Shown here: positions 1 through 13,199 of the stretch, piece after piece
Position numbering within the stretch: position 1 is the stretch's first letter
Layout of the letters: every line of letters begins with the position of its first letter
NCBI GenBank assembly: GCA_011109175.1
Contig: RDEW01000050.1
Coordinates: 88,694-152,693, forward strand
Direction of reading: 5' to 3'
Length of the DNA stretch: 64,000 nucleotides
DNA from: Dicyema japonicum
Lineage: Eukaryota; Animalia; Dicyemida
The notes under the pieces: model-generated
The model's input: only the letters and a program-made list of their open reading frames with translations
The model's database searches: none
Told to the model about the DNA's origin: nothing
Made by a program: the position numbers and the translations under genes

Positions 1-90
1 CAGATGTTCTTCCTTTGGTTCCTTCCTTGGATTAATTAGTTATTACTGTTTGTGCTGGGCTTACAAAAGTCTGGGGTTAATAATAATAAC
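1..90 (+). mobile_element. 3' tail of a Vingi-like non-LTR element fragment
   Basis: Near copy of 19651-19745; ends ...ggggttaataataataa like the LINE tail at 7820-7879. Confidence 0.6.
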
Positions 91-189
91 TTAAAGACAT
101 CATCTATATTTAAATGTCACATGCCATTACGGTTACAATAAAAAAGGTACGGTACTTATATTTAATTATTATTTGGTAAAGAAAGAGAG

Positions 190-1200
190 TAAATGGTCAT
201 ATATAGGCTGCCCTGACTGCGTAGCTATTCCTCTTCTGGATGGCGAACTAGATTCCTTCAAATAACCAGCAGCGCTCACGAGGGTCTCCTGTTCGTGTAG
301 CGATCCGATCTCCTAGACAACTCAAGAATTCCAACGTTGTAGGCGAAAGGGACCCAGCCGTCTCAACGTCGAGTGAGACAAACAAAAAATCCTTTGTTAG
401 GACCGCATACTTTTACCGTTTCAACTTATCGACATTCTCAGCGGCAGACCAGGCACCAAAAGCACTCTGGAGTAGGTTGCATAAGGCGACCTTGTCGGTG
501 CAGGTGACGTCCCAGACAAGAGGTTTACCGACTTCAAAAGGAAAGATTGTCATACCATCTGGTCGTTTCCCGTCCAGCCTGCAAAGACCGACCGTGGTGT
601 CCAATTTTCTCTTAACGACTTCGTTCAAGGCCATGTGTCTGGAAATCTGCCTGCACTCTTCCTGCAGGAGAGAGGGTGTAATCCAAAACAGTCGATCTGG
701 TCTCCGCATCTGCACGGATGTAAAACACAGACTTTTAATCCCAGTCGTACGGACGCATTCATTATCCAGGAAGGTACCTAAAACTCCATTGGGAACGGCG
801 TTGAGCCAGGTACCGTTCTCGGAAGACTCTCCCGACAACAAACAGGCACGGCGTAGTTGTCTAGATGACACTAGCAAATCTTAGAAAATAATTCCTGCAT
901 CGTACAGGCTCGCTGAGAGAACGAAGAAGGCAGGGATAGCTGATAAGCACTGCTCTATGCCTCACGAGCATTGCCGGCGTCCTTATCAACAGAGAATACA
1001 GGGAGGGAGTGTAGAATCCTATTGACAAGGATGTTGCAGGCCATTAGCGACGATATATATGCAGGGAGAGAAAGGTATATTAGTTTACGAATTCCAAGCC
1101 ATCCGAGTCTCACTGGCATCATATTAGCTATAATTCGATGCTAGACTCCGTACACTAATGAGGACTTAACCGTCCCTTAATGCTCTGTTTACTTGTCTCA
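190..1200 (-). mobile_element. Decayed CRE-clade (RLE-type) non-LTR retrotransposon, 3' part
   Basis: WLNAVP..LGTFLDN and LDGKRPDGMTIFPFEVGKPLVWDVTC (RLE PD motif); frameshifted; related to 63145-64000. Confidence 0.75.
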
Positions 1201-1974
1201 AATCACCATTAAGGAATACGGGAAGTGTTATACACGGACAACCTCTGAACTTTTCCCAGATGTTTACAAATAATTCTTCCATTTAAAATATTTGCTGTCT
1301 TATCTCTCTCCATTCATAGAATGTGATCAAACAGTTTCTAGCACATAGATATTTGTATGAAGAAAAAAAGAATATTGCCGAAAATGAGAAAGAAACGCAA
1401 GAATTAAAAGTCCAAATTAACAATTTTTAGAGTAAAATAAAAAAATATATCAAAACTTAATCTATTTTTAATGAATTTTTATAATTTAACTCATACACGT
1501 TTTATTTAACAATAAAATATTATTTATTAACAATAACGGGGAAGAGTGGATGCTGACATTACGGAGTAAGCGTTTCCGGGACAACTGCAATCCTAATAAA
1601 AAATGAAAATTCCAGGAAAATGGCATTTTATGGCAAAAATTACCCTAATCATAATTTCAACATTGAACGTGTGATAAACAATTCATAATGACAAAAGTGT
1701 TAAACTAAAAATATCTTTCAATTAAGTATGGGTCCTATCAAAGTCGACGACTCATTTCCCTTCATGATTTGTAAGGATGTTCGCTCAATAAGCTTTCTCA
1801 TTTATCCTTTTTTCTCTTCCATAATAAGCGAACAAACGTAGATTATCCACTAAAATGAGTTACAACTTTTATATTAAAAATTGAATTTATGAAAAACATG
1901 GCTTTTGAATTTAGGTTTTGTTATTATAATGGTTTTTTGTCATTTTAGTGGTTTTTTCAAAACAATGAAAGCAA

Positions 1975-2190
1975 AAAATATGAAGCATTGCACTATCGAT
2001 TCGCGTTCTATTCCATTGTGGTCGAGACAACTGGGGGAATAAGTGGAAAATCGCTTCGCTTCCTAAAGAAACTTGGACGCCTAGCTACACTAAAAAGCCA
2101 CGACGCACGTGAGACCCGGTGGCTTCTCCAGTTGATATCTGTTGCAATCGTGAGAGGCAGCGCAACGTCGCTGATGTCTGCGGGGTCCAC
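1975..2190 (+). mobile_element. CRE-like 3' fragment
   Basis: VVETTGGISGKSLRFLKKLG..WLLQLISVAIVRG matches the C-terminus of the 63145 element. Confidence 0.7.
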
Positions 2191-2352
2191 TTTGTATTGT
2201 TGGCTGTGTAAATTTAATTACATTTTTCAAAATAATAAAATTTTAATGTAAGTAATTTTTTTAATTTTACAAAATATTTAAAAATAATAATTTTTTATAT
2301 AAAATTTAAAATCAAATAAATTTATGGTCGTTGTGTTTTTTGTTTTACGATA

Positions 2353-3995
2353 ATGGAAATAACTAAACACAGTTGATAATTCAATAACAATGATTAGATT
2401 TCGAGGAATACAAGGATTACATCAAAGACTGCATCACCCTTGCCAATTTTGTGGCCATCGATCAAGAATTTTCAGGTTTTTGCAATCATTATTGTAGGTC
2501 TTCCAAGAATACTGGTAAACTCATCTTCCTCCTTAACAGAGGGGTTCGAAAAATACTGGAGAGCCAAAAAGTTAGTGATTCCAATATTCCAGGACGTAAA
2601 GAGACTATCAGTCATCCAATTTGGTCTCACAACATTCCAATTTTCAGTAAACAAATGGCTCGTCCATTCCTTTCTCTTCTACTTACTTCCTCACTCGTCC
2701 CCCTGCAACCAGTCTGAGCTGACGTTTACAGTCTCCCTTTTATTTATGTTAGATTAACTCCGCAGAGTTCCTTGCAACAAAATCCTTTGATTTCAACAAG
2801 CTATTTTCCTATGGTTGACAGTTCTATTGAGGCTAGGAATATCGTATCTGAATAGAACCCAGGAATTGGAGTTGGGGAAACAAATCCAGTTATCTTATGG
2901 GGGCTTCCCCCAGTTGGACATGGAAAAGGAGGGGAAGTACTATAGGACTTGTCTCTCAACCTTTTCGCAGATAATTATACATTTGTTAACCCTGGTGCCT
3001 TTATGAATAAATGTTTAGAAGAAGCAGATTGTTGGACATAACATATTCCTGGATTTACTATTCATGATTGACAAATTTATAGATTATCTTCCTGATGTGA
3101 TTGTTCTCATACATTTTAGACCTTGTCTTTGTTTGTGGAGACTCTGCATGAACTGGTCCCTTAGTAAGAAGTTGACTAACCTTAGTCTATTCGATACTAA
3201 AGTGATGACAAAGTTCAGTCATCTCAAGTTTTATAACACTTCTTTGGAGACAGTGTATGTGACATTGAAGAACAATTATAGTCTCCCTGAATATCGTATA
3301 GTAAATGTATATTGCAGATGTGTTGGATGGGGTTGACTTTGAAGCTGATAACATGTTCCATAGCGCCATGTATGACTCATTTGTGACAGGATTATCTTTT
3401 CTGATGTTGAGGGATCACTTTTGTATGATATAGCTTATATTAGACTCCAATGGGATGACTGAATCATCATTCATTGATAAATTCAATAATATGTAGTGAC
3501 ACTGTTATTCTAGAATAGTGTCTTTATGGCTAGTAATGGGACAGATTCTATCCTACATCTCAGAAACAACAAATCATGTCGATTTTGTTCCTTAGTTCTA
3601 GTTCCCCCTCCAACGACAAGTCTAATGTCATGGTGGTCTCTACATTGATTCACTATGACGACAGCAGAATCATTAGAATGTTCTCTAATTATGGTTGGTC
3701 TCATACTTACTCATAGCACCAATTACTATTCACTGGGTGGATGAAAATTTGTTCTGTTTTGTTAAGATATCTGGTGGGAATGTTAATTTTAAAAATGGTT
3801 ACTGTGGGGGTTACTTTAAGTTATGAGATCATTGCCAATTGACAACAATGTCCTCGTGATCCCATATTACAAATATAGAGCTATTTGGAGAAGGAAGGTA
3901 CCCTATGAAAACGAGTCCACATCTGACTTTATTAGGAGAGCCATTCGTGAGCACAAAGACTATAAGGACGATTTATTATGATTAATTTATTATAA
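2353..3995 (+). CDS. CAF1-family DEDDh deadenylase, PARN/PNLDC1-like; more than 12 tiny introns
   Basis: Spliced translation MEITKHNFEE..NFVAIDQEFSG..VIQFGL..FDFNKLFSYGISYLN..IVGHNIFLDLL..LFDTK..FHSAMYDSFVTG plus an RRM-like IRMFSNYAPITIHWVDEN. Introns include 2372-2397 and 2476-2497. The 3' end is approximate. Confidence 0.85.
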
Positions 3996-4939
3996 CTAGT
4001 TTGTTGTGGTCTTGTCATTACGTTTCTAAGTAAACGGATCCCAATTACCTTCTTGCAAAGTCAAATAACAAAAATAGTACAGTGGAGGCTGAAACGTCCT
4101 TTCTTTGACTTAATGACCTCACGAAAAGTCTTATTGTCAAAAAACTTAATGCTAGTGATCCCTCTCAGCCATCATCGAAGATATTACTTGTGTCTCTGAA
4201 GCTGGATAAGTCTGGGATAGTTTATGCTGAGAAACGGAGACTTGGGAGGATCCCCAGAGGTGGGTGGAGTCTTATCTTTAATCAATGCAAGTATTCGAAG
4301 AATCTAAGTCTGTGTCAACTGAAAAAATGTTTTAAAAACTATATGGATAAACTATGTGAAGGAGCAACAAGAACTTACATCCAGTCTGTTGTATTGAAAA
4401 TTACTCTCGAAAGCATGCTAATTGAACACTAACAAGGAATGAAGGTTTTTGATGAAGAGTACACTTCTGCTATCTCTCAACTTGTGGAACTAACATGCCG
4501 TGAGGACATCCACTGGACTCTAACAGAGATATTTCGACTGACTCTGATTTGGATATGGGGAATAACAGTGATGGCACACTCTTCTTCTAAGAGAAGGAGA
4601 GGGATTACCAGCAATTAGTATTTCCCAGGTGGTTGTGGTTACTAGACAGCCAGTAGTTATTATTAGAGCAGAGTTTTGTATTTTTAACGTTTGGTATTAA
4701 TAAACAGGAACCCCAAACAGGAAAAGCATAGTTCATAGTTGTTCTGATAAATGACGTAACCACCAGTAGCACTTTTGAGATTTTTCGAATACATATGAGA
4801 CATGTTTTAAAAATGAAAAAAATATCAAATATCACACCAAGTATTTTAGAAATATGTCTGGATGTCCAAAAGGTTTGTTTATATCAATAGACGCAACAAT
4901 TGTTCTTAGACGCAACAAGGGGTAATTAAGAATTTTCTC

Positions 4940-5004
4940 GTGGCGTCATGTGGTTCACCTTTTGTGGTGGCGCTCAGTGTAATAATACACCAAAAAGAAC
5001 CATT
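4940..5004 (+). ncRNA. Structured 5' RNA with HDV-like helix order; overlaps the LINE start codon
   Basis: P1 GGCGTC/GGCGCT, P2 TGGTTC/GAACCA, P3 ACC/GGT, P4 GTGTA/TACAC. Compensatory changes occur in homologues at 13972, 16320, 20152, 27652, 41594 and 44229. Confidence 0.6.
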
Positions 5005-5082
5005 TGCTCTTCCCCATCCAGACTCTTTATGCCTGGATGGTATACCTCAACTGGAAACTCGAGATGTTGTTTGTTCCCCTGG

Positions 5083-5124
5083 ATTCTATTGCTTTCTGGA
5101 GATATTGAACAAAACCCCGGACCA
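5083..5124 (+). other. 2A-like ribosome-skipping peptide
   Basis: ILLLSGDIEQNPGP matches D(V/I)ExNPGP and lies immediately before the APE domain. Confidence 0.85.
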
Positions 5125-7909
5125 AAACCCCTTGTTATTATGCAACTCAATGCTAACGGAATAAAAACAAAGATTCTGGAGTTACGATCTTTATTAACGA
5201 AGCACAAGATTGACATCTGCCTTATCCAGGAGTCAAAACTTTCTACAAAGAGTTCAACCCCACTTTTTCCTGGATACATCTCTATCAGAAAAGACCGCAT
5301 TGGACGTGGTGGCGGCTTACTCACAATTATCAGAAACGGTCTATCCTTCCACGATGTAAGCTTGCAAGTGGATGATTTAATTCTACACGACAAGACCGCG
5401 GAACAAATTTCTATTGATCTTATTAATGGGTCAGAACATCTTATTCTAATCAACATTTACATTCCACCGCCGGGATCCTGTCCTAATAACTATGTTCCGA
5501 AGCTCGACAAACTACAAGAAATTCGAAATGTGTTACTATGTGGGGATTTCAACGCCAAACATCCGCAATGGCTCAGTACCCAGTCGGCAGACAAGAGGGG
5601 GAGTCTAATTATCGACTCTCTAGAAAAAATGGTGATTCTGAATCACCCGAATCTTTACAAGGACACCTATCCGAAGAAATGACAACCCAACCTCCCCCGA
5701 CATATCCATTGCTTCCTCTAGGATTGCCCCGAAGATTTCATGGAACGTCTCCTACGATTTCATAGTGATCATAATCAGATTATATTAAAACTGAGCCGAT
5801 TCAATAACTCACGTAGACTTAAAGCAACCTTCAAGGTCTACAAGAAAGCTGACTGGTCGAATTTCAAGCTCTTCATTGACAATAACCTAATACACTTTGA
5901 TCCCACCTCATTTTGCTCCATCGACAAAGCAGTGGACCATCTAAACCATGTAATCCTTCAAGCTGAAAAGTTGTTTGTACCACGTGCAGTTTATAAATCC
6001 TACAAGCCTACTCTGGACTCGGAGACTCGTCTCCTCGTCAAACAAAGAAACTCACTGAAGATGAATCATCTGCAAACCTCTTCTGATTTGCAAAATATAA
6101 AATGCTTAAATCAGAGAATTACAAAGCTCATCAGAGAAAAGAAAGATAGGGCGTGGAACCGCCTATTATCATCTATTGGACATATGAATTCCACGAGTCT
6201 TTTATGGAAAACTATTCGTCGAATCAAGCTAAACTTATCAGAAGCATCAGAATCTTTTTCTGCTCCAAATACTGCGCAAGCTAACAACCTAATGAAATAT
6301 TACGCATCCATAAGCCACAAGGACTTCTTGTCACTTTCGGAATTTAGTGCCTAAACCAACTTCATGGATCAATCTGTTTACGCATGCCGAGGTCACACAG
6401 GCTATAAGATCGATGAAGAGATCTTTTACGTGTGGACCTGACGGCATCGGGGAATTTTGTTAAAACACCTTGGTAATGCTGCAATCAATTCAATTACGTC
6501 AATTTTTAATTTGTCTTCCAACATGAACGTCATCCCATGCAAATGGAAAAACTCACTTATAATACCGATCCTTAAACCAGGAAAACCGAAAACCTTACCT
6601 TCTTCCTACCGTCCAATTTCATTAACGTGCGCATTATCGCGCCTAATGGAGAAACTCGTACTCTGGAAAATTAAACCCCATTTGCCCGACTGCCACTTTC
6701 AACATGGTTTCAAATGTGAGCGTTCAACTACGACACATTTGACTTCACTGTCTCAATTTATATCAGAAGGGTTCAACGTAGCGAAACGCCATCTACGGAC
6801 AATAATGGTTTCCTGGATATCCAGAAGGCGTTCGATTCTGTCTCGAGAATATTACTCACGAAGAAGGTTTTTGACACCACCATTCAGACGGATTTGAAAA
6901 GATGGATAGCCAATTTTTTCTTTGGAAGAAGAGGACGTGTCTGTATAGACCACGCAAGATCGAGGTCCCGTCTCCTACCAAATGGCGTCCCTCAATGATC
7001 GCCCCTCTCTCCGGCATTATTCAACTTGTTCCTCAACGATTTACCCTGCCCTGGAGGACCAGATTCAATGCTTCTCACTTATGCTGACGACCTAATCATC
7101 GCTAGCAGGAACAAATACGTGGGTACAGCAAAATCAGAGCTTCAGTCACATATTGACGACCTGGGAGCCTGGTTGAAGTTGAATCGTCTCTCCGTATCCA
7201 GGGACAAATCAACATATACAATCTTCACCACGGACAGAAAAGAAAAACATACACTGGATTTGAACATTTTGGGACTCCTTACCACTACAGACTCGTCCAA
7301 CTATCCTGGGAGTGACATTTGACCCTTTGATGTCATTTTCTCAACATGTGAAGAACGTTATGACAAAGGGTCTCAAAAACTTAATATTATCAAACCGTTC
7401 TTGAAGTCAAACCTTCACAGGAATGCGCCCTCGTCGTGTTCAATCAACTCCTAAAACCGACGATTGAGTACGCCTGTGCCTCATGGGCCTATGGAGCTTC
7501 GATATCAAATTCACTCAAGATCAATACCCTAATTGGAAAACTAGCACGTCAAACGAATCTACCCCCGATCTTTTCCCTCCAATGCTTGACCACGCCGCAA
7601 TCAAAAATAATGGCTCCGGCTTCATTTGTCTGTGTGGCCAAGAAACAAGTTGTTTCTTCCATTCAAGGCTAAAGGCTTCAAATACACGAAATTTGGGGAA
7701 AAACCCCACTCCTCTTCAAACCCTAATGAAAGATGATCGTCGTTTATTCAGGAAAGCCGTGGGTACTTTGGAGGAACACAGGAAAAACCTCTCGATCCTG
7801 TTGAGGCGTACCGGGATCACTTAATTAGTTGGGTTACTCCATTCTTGGTGTTCCTTTTTCGGGGTTATTAAATAATAATAATTGTTCTTTCCGGAGGTTT
7901 ATTGTTATA

Positions 7910-10342
7910 GTTGCAATGTGATCGACTATCCTATTTGCTGAGTTACAATGTCCGCACTTAGTTTCTCCGTTATCAAAAAATATGTTAAGTAGACACAGTC
8001 TTCCCTCGGTTACAGGGGAGTGATTTCCATGCACTAGCCATCCAAAGGATTCGGCAATATTCACTTCTGTGTCTTTCAAACATTGAAAAGAGTGGTTTCT
8101 CAATTTTTCCCAATAGATACTCATCCTGTATTTCCATCAATTTCAACATTGTCACATTTTCAATGTTGTACTTTCGAAAATGATTTCTTTGAATTAATGA
8201 CCCATAGAATTTCCGCTCTTCTTAGGCAGTAATGTTCAAAGTCACCATATAATCGGAGGAGCATTCGTTCCGCTTTGTTACTGACAGACTCGAGGCCTCC
8301 CCCAAATTCCTTTCTTGGTAGATAAAGTCTTTGTTTGCCGGTTGCAAGTGTATGTGGCTATCCATAAGAATTCTATTTTTATCGATCTGTTCAAATTCCG
8401 ACGACTCTATATAAATCAATCCAATGTATTAGTTATAGAGTGAAAGTGCATATTTGTTCATCCCCTCAAACAGGTTTACGGAGTTTAAATCCGCCTTTAT
8501 CAAATAATTGATCCGCTTAGATGCTTCATAGATTTTATCCTTAATTTCTCCTTTAAGAACATTGCTGTTCTTATCTTCAAAAACTCCAAGATATCGGTAT
8601 CCATCCAATCCATAGAGTAAACGAGCTTTCTCGAACAAGGATTTCACGTTTGTTGCAGATTTGTCAAAGTTTCTCTCCAACCCGGCTGCATCAAAAAACG
8701 ATTCAACTTCCTCCAACATCATTTCCATTGAGTGACTACGGAGAGAAAAAAACTTTATATCGTCCATAAATCGTAGGTGATTCGTCGTATACGTTGGTTC
8801 CCTATTTCCCGGATTTCCCATCGTTACTTTCGGAAATTTTCCGTTCAGCATTCGACTGAGAGGGTCCATTAACAAAGCAAAGATCTGAGGAGAAAGAGAG
8901 TCCTCCTGCAAATTTCCTCTTTTTATTTTAGCTTCTCTTTTCCCAAATTTATCCGAATCTTACATTTTGTGACAAGTTTCTGAATAAACCTGACAATCCA
9001 GCAGGGAAGACCAGAATTTTGTAATACCTGGTCCGAAAACTGGTGGTCGACCGAGTCATAACCTTTTTTGACGTCAATCACGTGGAATTCAAACTGTTTC
9101 CATTTTGTTGATTTACGCACCTGTTGACGGTGGCCTGTTCTTTCACGCCTTGGCACATTCTTCGCGTTCCCAGTTGATTGTCGCTTATCAAGTAGTATGA
9201 CTCAATTTAATCTAAAATTCTTTTGTTCACACACTTTGTCAATAGTTTGTACAGATTAGGCATACCAGTAATTGGCCTAAACTCCATGGGTGACACACAT
9301 CCACTTTTGGAATAAAATACGTAATCCCAGTATAGAACCAATCACAAGACGTATATTCATCATTAATAATCTTCTTAATCTCCTCACATTAACCGAAGTG
9401 ATAAAAAAGTTATAGACTCCATCACAACCAGATGCCTTCCAATTTGAAACCATCTTGATAGTCTCGGTGATTACCTCCTCAGTGAAATCAGCAAAGAGTT
9501 CTTTGATCCAGTCACTCTTTTGCTAATAAAGAAATTGCTCTTCCTTCGCTCTTCCTTATTCAAATACTATTCCAAAATGGAAGACATTCCTCCTCATTGA
9601 ACTTGATGACCGCCTTCTCATTATCTTCATTTATATTTCTATAAAATCGCTTTCAATTCAATTCGAAACACCAGTTGGCATTTCTAAACCTCTTTCTCGA
9701 TTCGTAAACTTCTCAATAATCTTTATTTAATCTCCAACATATGAAGAAACCCTGAATTTTCCCCTCTTCGATTTTTTAAAGCCATATGAGCATAAGGTAT
9801 TGCGTATTTCTTTGTCAAATTGCTTCTTCCCGTTCATTTCACTAGCCGTTTGAATTTGCTCAAGTTGTTGCTTAAGTTTAGTGAGTTTGCTTTTCATTGA
9901 TTCTTCCCTACTATTGGTATTATTCTTCTTGGTAAGAACCTCATAGTGCACTGCCAGCATATATCAGTGATATAGTTGATATCCAAACTAGGCAATTAAT
10001 TCCACACAGAATCTCCTTTCTAAGTATTTGTCTGGGAATCTTCCTAGTAGGAATACGAAGGTTTTTTCCTGTTGTGAGTACTTTTCCAATTTGGCAATGG
10101 AACTCCTCAAAGCATTTTCCAAAATTTGAAATTTCAGCCATCTGTTTTTCCTCCACTGAAAAGCCACAAAGTGATTCACTCGACTTGGAAGAGAGCAAGC
10201 ACTTAAAATTGGCAATGGATTTCGATGTCCCGAATTTCAAGTTAAAAGCTTTCGTAATCAGAGGCCAACTATCCCGGGGAGACTCAATGACTTCCACAGT
10301 CCATTGTTTCCGGTCCATAGTGTGAACTTTGTCACTAGACAT
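7910..10342 (-). mobile_element. Decayed R4/Dong-like RLE-type non-LTR retrotransposon
   Basis: IDVKKGYDSVDH, QEDSLSPQIFAL, NHLRFMDDIK, YRYLG, CGHC..DHIAT; many stops and frameshifts. Confidence 0.75.
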
Positions 10343-10539
10343 TGCAGAGAGAAAAGATGTTCTTTAAGGTCAGTATTGACAACTATTTGATAGGTCGAAT
10401 GAAACATATTTTCATCGACCATTCTCTACGGTCCTTTTGTTTTTTCTTTTAGTATTTTTCGTAGATAGGTCGAATTAAACATATTTTTTATTTTCTTACA
10501 AGAAACCACCATGTCCACAACAAGAAATTCTATTTTGTA

Positions 10540-10800
10540 TTTTATTTGTTTTATTTAGAACCAAGAATCACCGATAAATCAAAGGAGAGTAGGGGCCGTC
10601 AGGTGATCCCGGCCTCCGTGAGCAGCAGCCTCATCTTTTTTCAGTGTTCCTCACGAGTTCCTCGAACGGGGTTGGTTTTAATATCGAAAAGGAAGATCTT
10701 TGTAGGGTTCTTGTTGCTGTCTCTTGAAAGGAGTTTTGTTAGTCAAACCTTTTGTACAACCGAGGGACCTAGGGTGCATCAGAATCTGAATGAGGACCCT
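10540..10800 (-). mobile_element. Vingi-like 3' fragment
   Basis: Minus strand reads EEH*KKMRLLLTEAGIT* followed by an A-rich tail, matching the LINE C-terminus ..TGIT*. Confidence 0.6.
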
Positions 10801-11437
10801 TGACCCATTCCATAAAAGACAACTGAGGTCGCTTATTTGTATTAACTGGCCAAAAATAATAAAAAACTATGCATTGTACAATATATGCAACAGCCGTGTC
10901 AGTTTGGATGTCACCGAATCACGCGTCTATTTGGACATATCCCAAGACTCGACCTAGCAATCCCTGTGGACTGGGCCATGGAATCTTATTACGCCATTAA
11001 CAGAAAGTCGGTATTCCGTGGCGGACCACGCACAACCTTCCAATTTTTGCTAAAATCTTAAAATAAAAGTTGATTATTTGTTATATTCTTTAGTATTAAT
11101 AATTTATAGACTTTTATTGCCCCCATTAGTAAGAATATTTGTTATTAAAGTTTTAAATAAATTAATATTTAATTTTGATTTCTCACGTGGTGCTCTACAA
11201 AGAGACTTGTTTGGTTTCAGCGACTATGTGGACGACATCCTATCCGTTTCGTTCTGGAAAGTTTTTTTCAATTGGAACCAAAGATATTATCGTGAGTGAT
11301 GCTTATTTAGAATATCGCGACTAATTCGCCTCGTTGTACAAGACGGAAAAACTGAAGAATAATCCTTAAAATACCTATATAAAATTATCTATTGACTAAT
11401 AATTTATAAAAATATTATTTAATGATGGTTAATTGAG

Positions 11438-12907
11438 TTATTTTGTGATTAAATATTTAATGAACTTTGAAAGAAATCCGCCTGAAACAAGACCAGCTGA
11501 CATCATCATCGAAGTCAAATAACTTGCTTCTCTTTCATATTCAGGAGCAAAACTAAAGCATACAATAAAGCTGCAACCACGGTGAATACACGGCTGCTAG
11601 ACTTGAATAGTACCATGAGAGAGAGAAAAGAATACTGCAAACAAGATAAATGCCCAGTCCGGGAAAACAGTTGGAATTTGTCTATGGAGACTGTAACTGT
11701 TGCAATATATAAATATGGGAATAAACACAAATCTAATAATAGACGGGACCATAATGAATCTTTTAGTAGGCTAAAATATTAACAAAAACTACAAATTTGA
11801 ACAAATTAGGCATTGGTGACGCAATGAGAGCAAAGACGTTAAAGATGACGAAGGTACAGATAATTTGGAACCAATCTCCTATGATAATATGACGTAATCA
11901 CCAGAAAAGGATTTGTTCAAACAAGTAGTAGAACTAAGCACAGCCGGAAAGAGGGAAAGGGTGACTAGAAAGATGAGATAGTTGGCTATGAGTGATGGAT
12001 AAGACTAATAATTAATTAAAATAAACCATCTTAAAACCAATGACTACTCTCTTTAAATTTATAATCAATCTGGTTTTCCACGGTTCAGTCGAAATACTGA
12101 TTATGGGAAGTTCATTATATGTTTTCTGATAATAAATCATAAATCAGCCTCATTTTTGATGATTCTGCATAAAAGTACTCCCAGAATGCACAATCCAACA
12201 GCCATGGAATAATACACGGCCACTAACTTCCAAATATGCAATTTCACTGAAAATTTACAATAATACTAACCAAGTTTTAGAATTATAAAAAACACAGTTG
12301 TGATGACTCCACAAATATTCTAAAATGGAAACAACTAAAGTACCATCCCCGTGATGATGTAGGGGATATATGTCGATTCGCGACTGAATATGGTCACCAC
12401 TGAGAACACAGAAACACTAGTCCACCCAGAAGCGACTAACATTCAAATTATGTGATTACCCTGCATGACTGATATTAACAAGTAATTTATGTAAATGAAT
12501 GACTTTTTCCCTCAAATAAACATTTATAGTACAAGTGGTGGAGTCAAGGAATGCCAAGACCATCATGATTGTAAACCCAACAAGCACTATAGAAATCGAT
12601 ATAAATAAGTGATAAATTTCTCTTCCCCTTTAAGTTAAAAAACTGAATACTGAGAGGGACGATATAAAAAGCTAATAATGGCTGTCAGGAATATCATGGC
12701 CTGTGAAATTATTATGAGATCATGGAAGACATTATTCCGTAAGTATTCATCCTCTAACAAATCAAGTCGATAGTTAATAAAGTACTAAGTTATTAAAATG
12801 GATACATCTTGCACTAAACTAATGGTAATATTCCAAGGGAGTAGAATAATCACTCCTAATGTTAAAAATATTAATTTAATGGTATTTGGGGAAATATGTG
12901 TGGTCAT
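11438..12907 (-). CDS. Equilibrative nucleoside transporter (SLC29 family); multi-intron
   Basis: TM1 IFLTLGVIILLPWN, many hydrophobic helices, C-terminus FAPEYEREASYLTSMMSAGLVSGGFLSKF; 21-26 nt GT-AG introns. Confidence 0.8.
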
Positions 12908-13199
12908 TATTACTTGCACATAATTATTACTTCTATTTGTACTTTTCGCTATTTTTAATTTCGTCAATTCGTGATCAATTCACAATAATAGATGTGGACT
13001 CGATTATATAATATTGCACTATAATATACTTTTTTGTTATAAACTTATATTTTGACAGAATTCCTATTGACATCATGGATGTGTGCAAAAGCTCCACTAT
13101 AGCTTTAGTAACAAATAATTAGTAGACTTATCTAAATTCTTTACTATCCACAATATTCATCAATTAAGAGTTGAGGACAATGACAGTTCAAAGTTGAGA

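Larger units (their letters stand above)
4908..7879 (+). mobile_element. Near full-length Ingi/Vingi-like APE-RT non-LTR retrotransposon (frameshifted)
   Basis: Single ORF layout: 2A-like GDIEQNPGP, APE (QLNANG, IQESK, GDFNAKH, SDH), RT (SYRPISL, QHGF, YADD), no RNase H seen, (AAT)n tail. 10-bp TSD aattgttctt at 4898-4907 and 7880-7889; joining the flanks restores an older RT reading NNKPPERTIVASIDINKPFG on the minus strand. Confidence 0.85.

Noticed and set aside
2400-4600. Possible endogenous viral element, suggested by fragmented ORFs
   Set aside because: Explained by a spliced PARN-like gene. The remainder (4080-4600) is an unassignable decayed ORF.
4974-5456. Antisense ORFs over TEs and genes (also 477-884, 34063-34335, 39752-40093)
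   Set aside because: Shadow frames of recognisable coding sequence on the opposite strand.
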